A stretch of DNA of 64,000 nucleotides from Planctomycetota bacterium (GCA_965223505.1 CBDCWP010000039.1:96001-160000); one strand, 5' to 3'; positions 11,092 through 21,756 are shown, counted from the first letter of the stretch. Numbers and translations are program-made. Notes: generated by a model not told the origin, from the letters alone.

Positions 11092-12273
11092 ATGCCCGAA
11101 GCCGTGATCGTCTCCGCTTGTCGCACCCCGATCGGGAAGTTCCAAGGCGGCCTCGCCTCCTTCCGCGCGCCCGAGCTCGGCGCGTTCGCGATCAAGGAAG
11201 CCCTTCGTCGCTCCGGCGTCGATGCGGCCGACGTCGACGAGTGCATCATGGGCAACGTCATCCAGGCCGGCCTCGGTCAGAACCCCGCCCGCCAAGCTGC
11301 GCTCGGCGCCGGGTTGCCGCCCGAGATGGGCTCCTTCACCGTCAACAAGGTCTGCGGCTCCGGCCTGAAGTCCGTCATGCTCGCCGCCCAGGCGATTCGC
11401 GCGGGCGACGCCGAGATCATCATCGCGGGCGGCATGGAGAGCATGACCAATGCGCCGTATCTCGCGCCGCGCATCCGCGACGGCCTGCGCCTGGGGCACG
11501 GCAAGCTGCTCGACGCCATGGTTCACGACGGTCTCTGGGAGGCGTACGAGGACTTCCACATGGGCGAGACCGGCGAGCTCATTGCCGAGCGCTGCGACGT
11601 CAGTCGCGAGGATCAGGACGCGTTCGCCGCGCAGAGCCACAACCGCGCCGAGGCGGCGATCGCCGCGGGCGCCTTCGACGAGGAGATCGTCCCCGTCGAG
11701 GTCAAGGACCGCAAGGGCAACGTCACAATCGTGAACGCCGACGAGGGCGTGCGCAACGGCATGACCGCCGAGGGCATGGCGAAGATGCGCCCGGCCTTCC
11801 GCAAGGACGGCACTGTCACCGCCGCCAACGCGAGCCAGATCTCGGACGGCGCCTCGGCGCTCGTCGTGATGAGCGAAGAGGCCGCGAACAAGCGCGGGCT
11901 CACGCCGCTCGCGCGCATCAGCGGCTACGCCGTGGGCGGGACGGAGCCCAAGTGGGTGATGTACGCGCCCGTCGTCGCCATCTCGAACCTCGAGCAGAAG
12001 ACCGGCAACGCGACCGGCTCGTACGGCCTCGTCGAGCTCAACGAAGCCTTCTCTTCGGCCGCCTGCGCGGTGACGAAGGAGGCCGGCCTCGACCCCGAGC
12101 GCACGAACGTCAACGGCGGCGCGGTTGCGCTCGGCCATCCGATCGGCGCCAGCGGCGCGCGTGTCCTCACGACGCTGCTCTACGCCATGAAGAACCGCGA
12201 CGAGAAGACCGGCTTTGCTTCCCTCTGCCTCGGCGGGGGCAACGCGGTGGCGCTGGCCGTCGAGCGGGACTAG
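11092..12273 (+). CDS. Acetyl-CoA C-acetyltransferase (thiolase)
   Basis: [38 protein letters not shown]. Confidence 0.96.
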   Translation: MPEAVIVSACRTPIGKFQGGLASFRAPELGAFAIKEALRRSGVDAADVDECIMGNVIQAGLGQNPARQAALGAGLPPEMGSFTVNKVCGSGLKSVMLAAQAIRAGDAEIIIAGGMESMTNAPYLAPRIRDGLRLGHGKLLDAMVHDGLWEAYEDFHMGETGELIAERCDVSREDQDAFAAQSHNRAEAAIAAGAFDEEIVPVEVKDRKGNVTIVNADEGVRNGMTAEGMAKMRPAFRKDGTVTAANASQISDGASALVVMSEEAANKRGLTPLARISGYAVGGTEPKWVMYAPVVAISNLEQKTGNATGSYGLVELNEAFSSAACAVTKEAGLDPERTNVNGGAVALGHPIGASGARVLTTLLYAMKNRDEKTGFASLCLGGGNAVALAVERD

Positions 12274-12317
12274 CTGCCGCCTCTCGACCAGGGACCGACT
12301 TCGGAGGGAACACGACC

Positions 12318-13172
12318 ATGTCGATCGAGACCGTCGGCGTCATCGGCGCCGGACAGATGGGTGGGGGCATCGCGCAGGTCTTTGCCGCTGCGGGGACGCC
12401 GGTGCATCTGTACGACAGCGACGCGGACGTCGTCGCGAACGCCCTGCAGGCCATCGAGCGCAGCTTCGGCAAGTTCGTCGCCAAAGAGCGCATGACGAAC
12501 GAGGACGCCGACGCCGCCCTGGCGCGCATCCAGCCCGCCGCCTCGCTCGAGAACCTGAAGGACTGCGACCTCGTCGTCGAGGCGATCGTCGAGAACGCGC
12601 AGGTGAAGAAGAACGTCTTCCTGTCGCTCGATCAGACGCTCAAGCCCGGCGGCATCATCGCCAGCAACACGTCCAGCATCTCGATCACGGAGCTGGCGGC
12701 GAGCACGTCGCGCCCCGAGAAGTTCATCGGGATGCACTTCATGAATCCGGTGCCGCTCATGAAGCTCGTGGAGATCATCCGCGGCCTCGCGACGGACGAC
12801 GAGACGTACGAAGCCGTGCGCGCGGCGACGGAGAAGGTCGGCAAGACCCCGATCGTCGCGAACGACTACCCCGGTTTCGTCAGCAACCGCATCCTCATGC
12901 CGATGATCAACGAGGCGATCACGTGCGTGATGGAGGGCGTGGCCGAGCCGGAGGCCATCGACGGCATCATGAAGCTCGGCATGAACCACCCCATGGGGCC
13001 GCTGGCGCTGGCCGACCTGATCGGCTTGGACACCTGCCTTGCGATCATGGAGGTCCTGCACCGCGACCTTGGCGACTCGAAGTACCGGCCGTCGCCGTTG
13101 CTGCGCAAGATGGTCGCGGCCGGTCGTTACGGCCGCAAGTCGGGCCGCGGCTTCTACGACTACGCGCGCTAG
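12318..13172 (+). CDS. hbd: 3-hydroxybutyryl-CoA dehydrogenase
   Basis: [56 protein letters not shown] upstream. Confidence 0.93.
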   Translation: MSIETVGVIGAGQMGGGIAQVFAAAGTPVHLYDSDADVVANALQAIERSFGKFVAKERMTNEDADAALARIQPAASLENLKDCDLVVEAIVENAQVKKNVFLSLDQTLKPGGIIASNTSSISITELAASTSRPEKFIGMHFMNPVPLMKLVEIIRGLATDDETYEAVRAATEKVGKTPIVANDYPGFVSNRILMPMINEAITCVMEGVAEPEAIDGIMKLGMNHPMGPLALADLIGLDTCLAIMEVLHRDLGDSKYRPSPLLRKMVAAGRYGRKSGRGFYDYAR

Positions 13173-13178
13173 CGCTAA

Positions 13179-14096
13179 CTAGTCGTCGGACTCTCTCACG
13201 ACGCGGCTCCCGTAGTAGAGGATGAAACGCGTGCGATCATCCGCGCCGCTCTCCTTCAAGATGCGATCCCGGTCGTAGCGCTCCGCCTGGGCGCCGACGT
13301 GGAGAAACGGGATCAGCGCGATCAGGCCGATCGTGACCACCACGAGCAGGGGCGTGAGGATCCTGCGGCGCGGATGCAGCGTGACCCAGCCCGCGGCGAG
13401 CCCCCATGCGGCGCCCATGCCGTGTGCCCAGTTGCCGATTCTGAAGTTGAGCACCTCTAGCTGTGTGATCACGACACAGATCACCAGCCATGTTGCGAGG
13501 AACTTCGCCGTGCGTTCGTTGAGCACCACCGCCGCGATCGGGTTCGTCTTGCGGTGCACGAACAGGAATCCGGCCAGCGCGTAGACGACGCCCGACAGTC
13601 CGATGCCGGGACCCGTCGCGACCCATTGGGCGCCTCCGGAGATCATCGCGGAACCGACGACCAGCAACACGAAGTGGCCGCGGCCGAAGCCCCACTCGAT
13701 CGCGCGTCCCAGATCCCAGATCCACCACGCGTTGAACGCGATGTGGAGCAGGCCGCCGTGGAAGAACGCGGAGCCGAGCAGCGGCCAGACTTCGCCGTCC
13801 CAGATGCGCGGTCCTTCCCAAAGCTGGAGGATGAGAATGTCGTACAGCCCGGCCGAGCCCTTGCTGCGTCCCGCGACGAACTCCAGCAGGAAGAACACGG
13901 CGGCGATGCCGAGAACGACCAACGTGCCCACAGGTTTGCGATCATTGATCGACTTGCGCACGCGCACCTGCATGCGCTCGCGAATGCCGTGGGCGCAGTT
14001 GGCGCACTGCAGCTCCGGCTCGATCCCGAACATGTCGGAGCGGGGGGCCTTCACGCCGCAGGTCGAGCAGTGGACGATGGGGTCGTCGTCGGACAT
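13179..14096 (-). CDS. Rhomboid intramembrane serine protease with N-terminal Cys4 zinc ribbon
   Basis: CSTC...CANC; HGGLLHIAFN, GLSG (catalytic Ser), AHGMG (catalytic His). Confidence 0.88.
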   Translation of the reverse strand: MSDDDPIVHCSTCGVKAPRSDMFGIEPELQCANCAHGIRERMQVRVRKSINDRKPVGTLVVLGIAAVFFLLEFVAGRSKGSAGLYDILILQLWEGPRIWDGEVWPLLGSAFFHGGLLHIAFNAWWIWDLGRAIEWGFGRGHFVLLVVGSAMISGGAQWVATGPGIGLSGVVYALAGFLFVHRKTNPIAAVVLNERTAKFLATWLVICVVITQLEVLNFRIGNWAHGMGAAWGLAAGWVTLHPRRRILTPLLVVVTIGLIALIPFLHVGAQAERYDRDRILKESGADDRTRFILYYGSRVVRESDD

Positions 14097-14207
14097 TCCG
14101 GCCCTTCCATACCATGCGAATCGCCTTTCCGGACGGCGCTCGGACCGAGGACGGGCCCGTGTCCGGGGCCGCGTATTCTTGGTGGGACCCCGAAGGAGGC
14201 ACCGACC

Positions 14208-15353
14208 GTGGACTTCGAGCTGCCTGAAGAGCTGCAGATGTTGCAGGAGGCGGCGCGCGACTTCGCCCAAGCCGAGCTCGCGCCGCTTGCCAAGGAATCG
14301 GACAAGACCGAGTCGTTCGTCGCGGAGCAGATCCGGCTGTGCGCGGAGCAAGGCTTCATGGGCATGGCCGTGCCGGAGAAATACGGCGGCTCCGAGCTCG
14401 GCGCTGTGGGCACGAGCCTCGTCCTCATGGAGATCAACAAGGCGTGCGCCGCCACGGGCACCACCGTGTCGGTGCACAACAGCCTGACCTGCGGCGGCAT
14501 CCTGATCGCCGGGAACGAGGAGCAGAAGCAGCGCTACCTCCCGAAGCTGGCCTCCGGCGAGTGGCTCGGCGCCTACTCCCTGTCGGAAGCCGGCAGCGGC
14601 TCGGACGCCGGATCGCTGGTCTGCCGGGCGGAGCCCGACGGCGACGGCGGTTTCATCTTGAACGGCACGAAGCTGTGGGTGAGCCACGGCGATCAGGCCG
14701 ATCTCGTGCTGCTCTTCGCGCGCACCGACCGCGACGCCGGGAACAAGGGCATCACCGCCTTCCTGGTCGAGACGGCGTGGGAGGGGTTCAAGCCCGGGAA
14801 GAAGGAGCTGAAGATGGGCATCCGCGGCTCCTCGACCGTGGAGCTGCACCTCGACAACGTCCGCGTGCCGGCGGCCAACGTGCTCGGCGAGATCAACCGC
14901 GGCTTCTCGATCGCGCTCAAGATCCTCGACACCGGCCGCATCGGGATCGCCAGCCAGGCCGTCGGGATCGCCGACGCCTGCCTGGAGGCGTCCGTGAAGT
15001 ACTCGCGCGAGCGCGAGCAGTTCGGCCGGCCGATCGCCGAGTTCGGCGCGATCCAGGAGAAGATCGCCGACATGGCGACCGAGATCGACGCGGCGCGCCT
15101 GCTCGTGTTCCGCGCGGCGTCGCTGCGCGACAAGGGTGTCGCGCACGGGCGCGAGGCATCGATGGCCAAGCTCGCCGCGTCCCGCTGCGCGAACTTCTGC
15201 GCCACGCAGGCCATCCAGGTGCACGGCGGCGCCGGCTACACGACCGACTTCCCCGTCGAACGCTACTTCCGCGACGCCCGTGTCACCGAGATCTACGAGG
15301 GCACCACGGAGATCCAGAAGTACGTCATTGCGCGGAGCTACCTTTCGGCCTGA
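14208..15353 (+). CDS. Acyl-CoA dehydrogenase
   Basis: GTG start after GGAGG; SLSEAGSGSD, KMGIRGS, GRIGIASQA, REQFGRPI, IYEGTTEIQ. Confidence 0.95.
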   Translation: MDFELPEELQMLQEAARDFAQAELAPLAKESDKTESFVAEQIRLCAEQGFMGMAVPEKYGGSELGAVGTSLVLMEINKACAATGTTVSVHNSLTCGGILIAGNEEQKQRYLPKLASGEWLGAYSLSEAGSGSDAGSLVCRAEPDGDGGFILNGTKLWVSHGDQADLVLLFARTDRDAGNKGITAFLVETAWEGFKPGKKELKMGIRGSSTVELHLDNVRVPAANVLGEINRGFSIALKILDTGRIGIASQAVGIADACLEASVKYSREREQFGRPIAEFGAIQEKIADMATEIDAARLLVFRAASLRDKGVAHGREASMAKLAASRCANFCATQAIQVHGGAGYTTDFPVERYFRDARVTEIYEGTTEIQKYVIARSYLSA

Positions 15354-16282
15354 TGACGGCACCTCTGGCCGACCAGCTGCGAAAGGGCGACGCGCGCGCG
15401 TTGGCGCGCGCGCTCACCGTCGTCGAGAACCGCGGCGCCGACGCGGCCGCGCTGTTGGCCGCGTTGGGGCCGCCCGGCAGTGCGCATCGGGTGGGGGTGA
15501 CGGGGCCGCCGGGCGCGGGCAAGTCGACGCTCGCCTCCGCGTTGGCGACGGCCTGGCGGCGGTCCGGGCGGCGCGTCGGCATTCTCGCCGTCGATCCGAG
15601 CAGCCCGTTCACCGGAGGCGCGCTGCTCGGGGATCGCGTGCGCATGCTGCAGCACGCCGGCGACGCCGAGGTCTTCATTCGCTCGCTGGCCTCGCGCGGC
15701 GCCGCCGGCGGGTTGAGCGCGGCCGTGTACGACGCGGCCGACGTGCTCGATGCGGCAGGGTTCGATCCCGTGTTGATCGAGACGGTCGGCGTCGGCCAGG
15801 GCGAGATCGAGATCTGCCGCGCCGCGGACACGACCGTGCTCGTGCTCGCGCCGGGTGCCGGTGACGAGGTGCAGGGCATGAAAGCCGGACTCATCGAGGC
15901 GGCCGACGTCATCGTCGTGAACCAGGCGGATCGCGACGGCGCCGAGCGGTTGGCGACGTCGCTGCGCACGGCGCTCGAGCTGCGCACGACGGACCGTCCG
16001 CAGCCGCATGTCGTGCAGACCGTCGCGTCCACCGGTCAGGGCGTCGACACGCTGCGCGAGTTCCTGGACCAACGGGCCGGGGCCATCGAGCTCGACGCCG
16101 GTGTCGGCGCGCGACGCGTCGAGCGAGCACGCGCGCGCATTCGTGCGTCGATCGAACGCCGGCTGATGTCCCAGTGGTGGGCGGGCCGCGAAGACGCGCT
16201 CGAGCAGGCGGCGCGGGCGGTCGCGGAGGGTGCCGTCTCGACGGCGGGCGCCGTGGAGCAGCTGATGGAGGGTGACGCGTGA
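15353..16282 (+). CDS. meaB: MeaB/ArgK family GTPase chaperone of a B12-dependent acyl-CoA mutase
   Basis: [50 protein letters not shown]. Confidence 0.93.
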   Translation: MTAPLADQLRKGDARALARALTVVENRGADAAALLAALGPPGSAHRVGVTGPPGAGKSTLASALATAWRRSGRRVGILAVDPSSPFTGGALLGDRVRMLQHAGDAEVFIRSLASRGAAGGLSAAVYDAADVLDAAGFDPVLIETVGVGQGEIEICRAADTTVLVLAPGAGDEVQGMKAGLIEAADVIVVNQADRDGAERLATSLRTALELRTTDRPQPHVVQTVASTGQGVDTLREFLDQRAGAIELDAGVGARRVERARARIRASIERRLMSQWWAGREDALEQAARAVAEGAVSTAGAVEQLMEGDA

Positions 16283-16701
16283 GCGAGTCCCGACCCGTAC
16301 GCGTGCTGGTCGCGAAGGCCGGTCTCGACGGCCACGACCGTGGGGCAAAGGTCGTGGCTGCCGGGCTGCGTGATGCCGGCCTCGAGGTCATCTACACCGG
16401 GCTTCGCCAGACGCCCGAGATGATCGTCGACGCGGCCGTGCAGGAAGACGTGGACTGCATCGGCATCTCGATCCACTCGGGCGCCCACATGACGGTCTTT
16501 CCCCGCGTCATGGAGTTGTTGCGGGAGGCGGGCGCCGAGCAGGTCCTCCTTACGGGGGGTGGTATCATCCCGCCCGAAGACGCCGAGAAGCTCCTCGACA
16601 TGGGGATCGGCAAGCTCTTCGGCCCCGGAACACCGCTGGGGGAGTTGGCCGTCTACATCCGCGAAGAGGTCGACCGCCGGCGCAACGCAGCGGCGTCTTG
16701 A
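16279..16701 (+). CDS. Cobalamin-binding small subunit of a methylmalonyl/isobutyryl-CoA mutase
   Basis: [12 protein letters not shown] (DxHxxG), S.HSGAH, GGGIIP, FGPGT. Confidence 0.92.
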   Translation: MSESRPVRVLVAKAGLDGHDRGAKVVAAGLRDAGLEVIYTGLRQTPEMIVDAAVQEDVDCIGISIHSGAHMTVFPRVMELLREAGAEQVLLTGGGIIPPEDAEKLLDMGIGKLFGPGTPLGELAVYIREEVDRRRNAAAS

Positions 16702-17900
16702 TGGAGCTCATGGAACTCGACACGACCACCAACCCGGATGCGAGCCCGTACCTCACCGAGGATCACATCGAGATCCGCAACATGGTGCGCGAGTTCGCCT
16801 TGGCCGAGGTCGCGCCGCTCGCGGCGTCGCTGGACGAAGAGAAGCGTTTCCCCGAGGAGACGATTCCGAAGCTGGCCGAACTCGGACTGCTCGGTGTGCC
16901 GTGGCCCGAGGAGTTCGGCGGCGCCGGCCTCGACTACCGCGCGTACAGCCTCGTCATCGAGGAGCTGTCGCGCGTGTGCGGAACCACGGGCATCACCGTC
17001 GCGGCGCACACGTCGCTCGGCACCGGCCCGATCTTCCACTTCGGCACCGAGGAACAACGCCGGCGTTGGGTGCCCCCGCTGGCGGCCGGCGACGTGCTGG
17101 GCGCGTTCGCGCTGACGGAGCCGGGCGCCGGTTCGGACGCCAAGGCGACGCGCGTCACGGCCGTGCGTGACGGCGACGTGTACGTGGTCAACGGCACGAA
17201 GATCTACTGCACGAACGGAACGCACGCGGGCACGATCGTCTTCACGGCGCGCGAGGGCGGCGAGGTCGGCGACACGACGCAGATCAGCGCGTTCGTGGTC
17301 GAGAAGGGCACGCCCGGCTTCGAGTACGGCGTGCTGGAGGACAAGCTCGGTCTACGCGGGTCGGACACGCGCGAGATCGTGTTCGAGAATTGCCGTATTC
17401 CCCGGGAGAACAAGCTCGGCGAGGACGGCAAGGGGTTCGCGCAGTTCATGAAGACGCTCGAGGCCGGGCGTATCTCGATCGGCGCGATGGCGGTCGGGCT
17501 GGCGCAGGGCGCGCTCGACGCGGCGTTGCCGTACGCGAAGCAGCGCAAGCAGTTCGGCAAGCGCTTGATCGACATGCAGCCGGTGGCGCATCAGCTTGCG
17601 GACATGGCGGTGGAGCTGCATGCGGCGCGAAGCCTCGTGCACGACGCGGCGTGGCGCAAGGATCACGGGATGGAGTTCGCGCCGGTCGCGTCCGCGGCGA
17701 AGCTGTATGCCTCGGAGGTCGCGATGCGATGCGCGCACAAGGCGATCCAGATCATGGGTGGCGTGGGATACACGCGGGAGTACCCGGTCGAGCGGATCAT
17801 GCGTGACGCGAAGTTGTGCGAGATCGGCGAGGGCACGTCGGAGATCCAGCGCTTGATCTTGGCGCGGTATCTCGACAACGGCGAACACGCCGGGTTGTAG
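16701..17900 (+). CDS. Acyl-CoA dehydrogenase
   Basis: [41 protein letters not shown]; start could be 16698, 16701 or 16710. Confidence 0.95.
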   Translation: MELMELDTTTNPDASPYLTEDHIEIRNMVREFALAEVAPLAASLDEEKRFPEETIPKLAELGLLGVPWPEEFGGAGLDYRAYSLVIEELSRVCGTTGITVAAHTSLGTGPIFHFGTEEQRRRWVPPLAAGDVLGAFALTEPGAGSDAKATRVTAVRDGDVYVVNGTKIYCTNGTHAGTIVFTAREGGEVGDTTQISAFVVEKGTPGFEYGVLEDKLGLRGSDTREIVFENCRIPRENKLGEDGKGFAQFMKTLEAGRISIGAMAVGLAQGALDAALPYAKQRKQFGKRLIDMQPVAHQLADMAVELHAARSLVHDAAWRKDHGMEFAPVASAAKLYASEVAMRCAHKAIQIMGGVGYTREYPVERIMRDAKLCEIGEGTSEIQRLILARYLDNGEHAGL

Positions 17901-18028
17901 GCCCGCTGGATGTAGGCCCGCTGGATACTCGACCTTCGCGGTCGGTCGTGCTCTGCACGACGACGCGCCGAGCCGGCGCACACTGACGACGCACGCTCGG
18001 TTCCCTGCCGCCGACGACACGAATTCGG

Positions 18029-18130
18029 GCAATGGACCTAGCCGGTCGGGCGACCTGTAGGGGCAGCCCTTGTGGCTGCCCAATGGGCGCCGGACGTACA
18101 TGGTTGGGCGACCACGAGGGTCGCCCCTAC
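18029..18130. repeat. REP doublet unit, left copy of a 102-bp direct repeat
   Basis: REPs at 18057-18081 (+) and 18106-18130 (-); unit recurs at 21116-21217. Confidence 0.85.
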
Positions 18131-19125
18131 GGTGACTTGCGGGCTCGGCGACGCATCAACGGCAGGAACGTCAGCAGCGCCGCCAAACTGCAGGCGGCGA
18201 TGACCCAAAGGACGAGCGACTGCCTGGGTACTCGCTGGGATCGCTCGACTCTCGGCTCGGGCGGAGGCGGGGCATTGAACTCGATGACGCAATCGAGATC
18301 GGGGAGCACGATCGCGCAGTCACCGCGCGTCAGTAGCAAGTCAACGAGCCCCGTCAAGTAGCTGATCTCAATGTCGTCTGAGGAGAAATGGAGCGCTACA
18401 GATGTTCCATCGAAGGCGCGACCAATCTCCTGCCAAAGCTCCTCGACCCGAGCGGGATACTCAAGCGCCGCAGCAAGCGACTTCGGACGCGGGCCCTTCG
18501 GAAAGCGGAAGGTGTGCTGCGACTTGCCGAGAACAAGTTCGACGAATCGTTCGAGCTCGTTTGTGCCATGGCGCACGAGGCGAATCGTAGCGACGTCGGC
18601 ATCAGACTTCGTAATCGCTCGAAGTTGGCCGGGAAAGACGAAGGTGCGTCGAACGCGATGACGGACTGTCGCGGGCGGCATGACGATGAGGTCCATACTC
18701 CCGATCTTCAGGCTTGGATCGCGCAGCACCTCGATGATCGCCGCAACCCATCCCCACATCGAATTCCGGTCTGCGCGGATTCGCACGCCGTCGATCGCCG
18801 GAGACGAGACGCGATCTGGACCATTCAGCGCCAGCAGCTCTTGCTGTAGCGCCCGCGCCGAGATCTCTGCATAGTACGGGTCGGAAGAACCAAGAGGCCA
18901 CGAGTTCCCCTTGAACGTCGTAGTGCCGTTGGACTCGACCGCGACCACGAACCCGGGATAGCGTGGGCTCCAGTCGCTCCAAGGCTCAGTTACCTCGGTT
19001 CCGTTCTGCGCTTGCGGCAATTGGACCGGCACGGCGAGAGTGCTCGGATAGTGCTCTCGCCGCGGTTCTTCGAAACAAGCCGTAAAGAGCATGAACGCGC
19101 AGGCCATGGCAGCGAAACGTCTCAC
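18127..19125 (-). CDS. Putative lipoprotein with an ExbD/TolR-like domain and C-terminal TM segment
   Basis: FTAC lipobox-like site, VQLPQA, V.V.SNG, VRIRADRN..WG.V..II..L pattern; atypical codon usage. Confidence 0.5.
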   Translation of the reverse strand: MRRFAAMACAFMLFTACFEEPRREHYPSTLAVPVQLPQAQNGTEVTEPWSDWSPRYPGFVVAVESNGTTTFKGNSWPLGSSDPYYAEISARALQQELLALNGPDRVSSPAIDGVRIRADRNSMWGWVAAIIEVLRDPSLKIGSMDLIVMPPATVRHRVRRTFVFPGQLRAITKSDADVATIRLVRHGTNELERFVELVLGKSQHTFRFPKGPRPKSLAAALEYPARVEELWQEIGRAFDGTSVALHFSSDDIEISYLTGLVDLLLTRGDCAIVLPDLDCVIEFNAPPPPEPRVERSQRVPRQSLVLWVIAACSLAALLTFLPLMRRRARKSP

Positions 19126-19313
19126 TCTGCATCAAAGGTACTTGGCCGACCGGGATCCGCCGGACGTAGAATCCATTCATGACCAGATGCATGCCTCGGT
19201 CGGCGATGGGAACCGCAATGGGGCATCACATCCCGATGTTCTTCGTCCTCTTGGGGACTGAGGTCTTCTTCAAGTCCGAGTTGATGTGGACGTTCATCGG
19301 TGACTTCTCGATG

Positions 19314-20711
19314 GGCAGAGCAACGTTCTTTCTGTAAATCGCTGAGCAGCTGATCAACTCTCGTCCCTCGGCAGGTACCTCCGTCCGGTTTCCCATTCCT
19401 CGCTGATCTCGATAAGCACCGCGCTTGCGAGCCGCAGCAAGGACGCTTCGTTCGGGAACAATCCGGCGACGCGAGTGCGGCGGCGGATCTGCTGATTCAG
19501 GTTCTCGAGGCTGTTGGTGGTGCGAAGGCGCTTGCGCTGCGCTTCGTTCAGGCCGAGATCGAACACGGTGAAGCCCTGCGGAATGTTCTCTTCGGCCCAG
19601 CGCGCCAGGTCGGGCGCGGGCTTGTCCCACTTCTTCACGAAGGCCTTGAGCTTCTCTTCGGCCTCGCGACGCGACGTCGCATTGAACGCGGCGCGAAGGT
19701 CAGCGGCGACGTCGCGTCGAAGCTTCTGGCGCGGAACGTAGCTCTGCGCGTTCTGCTGCAGGTGGAACTGGCAGCGCTGCCAGGCCACGCCGGCGAACCG
19801 CGCCGCCAGCGCGGCCGCAATGCCCTTGTGGCCGTCGCTGGTGATGAGCTCGACGCCGTGAAGGCCGCGATCCTGGAGAGAAGCGAGGAACTCGCGCCAA
19901 TGGACCTCGGCCTCCGAGAGGCTCACGCTCGTTCCCAGCACGCTGCGCTTGCCGTGAGAATCGACGCCGATGGCGATCAGCACAGCGCAGTCGCGCACCG
20001 ATCCGCCGTGGCGCACCTTCTCGTAGCGAGCGTCGAGTACGAGGTACTTGAACGCGCCGAGCGGACGTGTGCGCCAGCGCTCGAGCTCCTCGTCGAGCAG
20101 CGCAGCTGCTCTCGACACGCTCGTGGAGCTGATCTCCAGGCCGTTGCAAAGCACCTTCGTGATCGCCTCGACACGCCGCGTCGAGACGCCCTGGACGTAC
20201 ATCTCCGCCAGGGCCAGCGTGAGCGCTCTCTCGCTTCGCTGGCCGCGTTCGAGGCTGGAGGGGTAGAACGTGTCGCCGCCCTCGACGTCGCGAACCTGGG
20301 GCACCTGGACGTCGATCTCGCCCAAGCGGGTTCTGACGCGCTTGCGCTTGAAGCCGTTGGCGTAGCCGCGGCGCTGATCCGTGCGTTCGTGGGGCTCGGC
20401 GCCGAGGAAGGCACTGCGTTCGACCTTCATGGCCTCGTTCACCAGCACCCGCATCGCCTCAGCCATGCCGTCGAACCCGTTCTCGCTGAGCGCTTCCAGT
20501 GCGTCGCCCCAAGGCGTACGCTGTTCGTGGTGGGTCACGTCGTTCCTCCTTTGCGTGGTGTCGTTACCTGCAAAGGTACGGCGTTGATCCGCCACTCAGT
20601 TCGCCCCGGGAGATGGCGGCGCGCCCGCTTCGCTTGAATCAGCTAGCTGATTCAAGCGAAGCGAGCGCCTCTCCTCCGGGGAGCCATTTACAGAAAGAAC
20701 GGTACACCCTC
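19314..20711 (-). mobile_element. IS256-family insertion sequence
   Basis: Imperfect terminal IRs with core CGTTCTTTCTGTAAAT; 8-bp TSD TCTCGATG at 19306-19313 and 20712-20719. Confidence 0.92.
19354..20595 (-). CDS. IS256-family (Mutator-like) DDE transposase
   Basis: R.GY.NG, MYVQGVSTRRV, LDARYEKVR, SDGHKG, WQRCQFH, RTTNSLENLN..IRRR; true start may be a downstream GTG/ATG. Confidence 0.95.
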   Translation of the reverse strand: MADQRRTFAGNDTTQRRNDVTHHEQRTPWGDALEALSENGFDGMAEAMRVLVNEAMKVERSAFLGAEPHERTDQRRGYANGFKRKRVRTRLGEIDVQVPQVRDVEGGDTFYPSSLERGQRSERALTLALAEMYVQGVSTRRVEAITKVLCNGLEISSTSVSRAAALLDEELERWRTRPLGAFKYLVLDARYEKVRHGGSVRDCAVLIAIGVDSHGKRSVLGTSVSLSEAEVHWREFLASLQDRGLHGVELITSDGHKGIAAALAARFAGVAWQRCQFHLQQNAQSYVPRQKLRRDVAADLRAAFNATSRREAEEKLKAFVKKWDKPAPDLARWAEENIPQGFTVFDLGLNEAQRKRLRTTNSLENLNQQIRRRTRVAGLFPNEASLLRLASAVLIEISEEWETGRRYLPRDES

Positions 20712-21085
20712 TCTCGATGGGGCGCGAGACGAGCCGTATTTCGGGTCACACTGCGCTCAACTGGTGCCTCATGGTCGCTCTTTGGATCCTGTACATGCCG
20801 TGGATCGTGTTGTTGTGTCGGCAGCGCATTGGGACGTGGACCGGGGCCGGCTTCTCAATTGCAGTCGTCGGTCTCGCATCTCGAGTTCTGGCGGACTGCA
20901 TGATCCGTTACGACGCGCTGACGTTCGGAGATGCCGCTAGGCCAGCTCTTGTCAGAATCACTCTGATACGCGACCTCGGCCTCATCGCCTACTTCGTTGG
21001 TCTCACGCTCGTCGTCAGCGCGTGCATCACCGACATGCGGCTCGCACGTACGACGCCGCGTTGGGCGCGGTTCATGGACTGAGCT

Positions 21086-21217
21086 GTAGGGGCAGCCCTT
21101 GTGGCTGCCCAGAGAGCAATGGACCTACCCGGTTACGCGACCTGTAGCGGCAGCCCTTGTGGCTGCCCAATGGGCGCCGGACGTACATGGTTGGGCGACC
21201 ACGAGGGTCGCACCGAC
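21086..21217. repeat. REP cluster, including the right copy of the 102-bp direct repeat
   Basis: REPs at 21086-21110 (+), 21144-21168 (+) and degenerate 21193-21217 (-). Confidence 0.85.
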
Positions 21218-21237
21218 AGCATCACCGAGCGCGCACG

Positions 21238-21756
21238 CTACCGGCCCGGAATCGGGATCACCTCGTGCTCGATCTCTTCTTCGACGAGCACTTCCTTCAG
21301 GCTCTCCCAATCCGTCGCGTCTTCCCCCAGGAAGTCGCTCGCCGCGTCGCCCGCGACGATCAGCTCCGGCGCATGGAACGCGTTCGAAAGCTCCAACGCC
21401 TCGCGACCGATGATCTGCCGCGCACGCGGATCCGTTTGATACGCCTCGAAGTCGTCCGGACGCTCCAGGATCACAAAGCGCGGAAACAGCTTGAAGCGGC
21501 CGACGCGCAACGCGACGTGCACCCGCACGAGCTCCTTGTTCGCCTTGATCTCCTCGCCCAGGTCCTCCGCGGAGATGTCCGTGGGCACGTACTTCGCCCA
21601 CTCCTCCATGTCGACGTTCATCATCTCGACCTCGATGCCGCCGTTCGTCTCCGGCGCGTCGATGTTCTGGAAGCCCGGGCCGAGCAGCTGCTCGACGATC
21701 GCGCGCGTCGCGCCGCCCAGGGTCCGCGTGGTGGGGAGGAGGATCTCGATGGCCAT
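21238..21756 (-). CDS. Hypothetical acidic protein
   Basis: C-terminal part of ORF 21238..23964 from MAIEILLP; host-like codon usage; directly follows the synthetase. Confidence 0.7.
   Translation of the reverse strand: MAIEILLPTTRTLGGATRAIVEQLLGPGFQNIDAPETNGGIEVEMMNVDMEEWAKYVPTDISAEDLGEEIKANKELVRVHVALRVGRFKLFPRFVILERPDDFEAYQTDPRARQIIGREALELSNAFHAPELIVAGDAASDFLGEDATDWESLKEVLVEEEIEHEVIPIPGR

Larger units (their letters stand above)
19179..21082 (+). pseudogene. Small multi-pass membrane protein gene interrupted by IS256
   Basis: Removing the IS and one TSD joins the frame 19179-19313 (...MFFVLLGTEVFFKSELMWTFIGDFSM) to ORF 20717-21082 (MGRETSRI...) with no stop. Confidence 0.65.

Noticed and set aside
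18029..21217. Integron cassette array
   Set aside because: No intI, the repeats lack RYYYAAC/GTTRRRY ends, and the enclosed genes are divergent.
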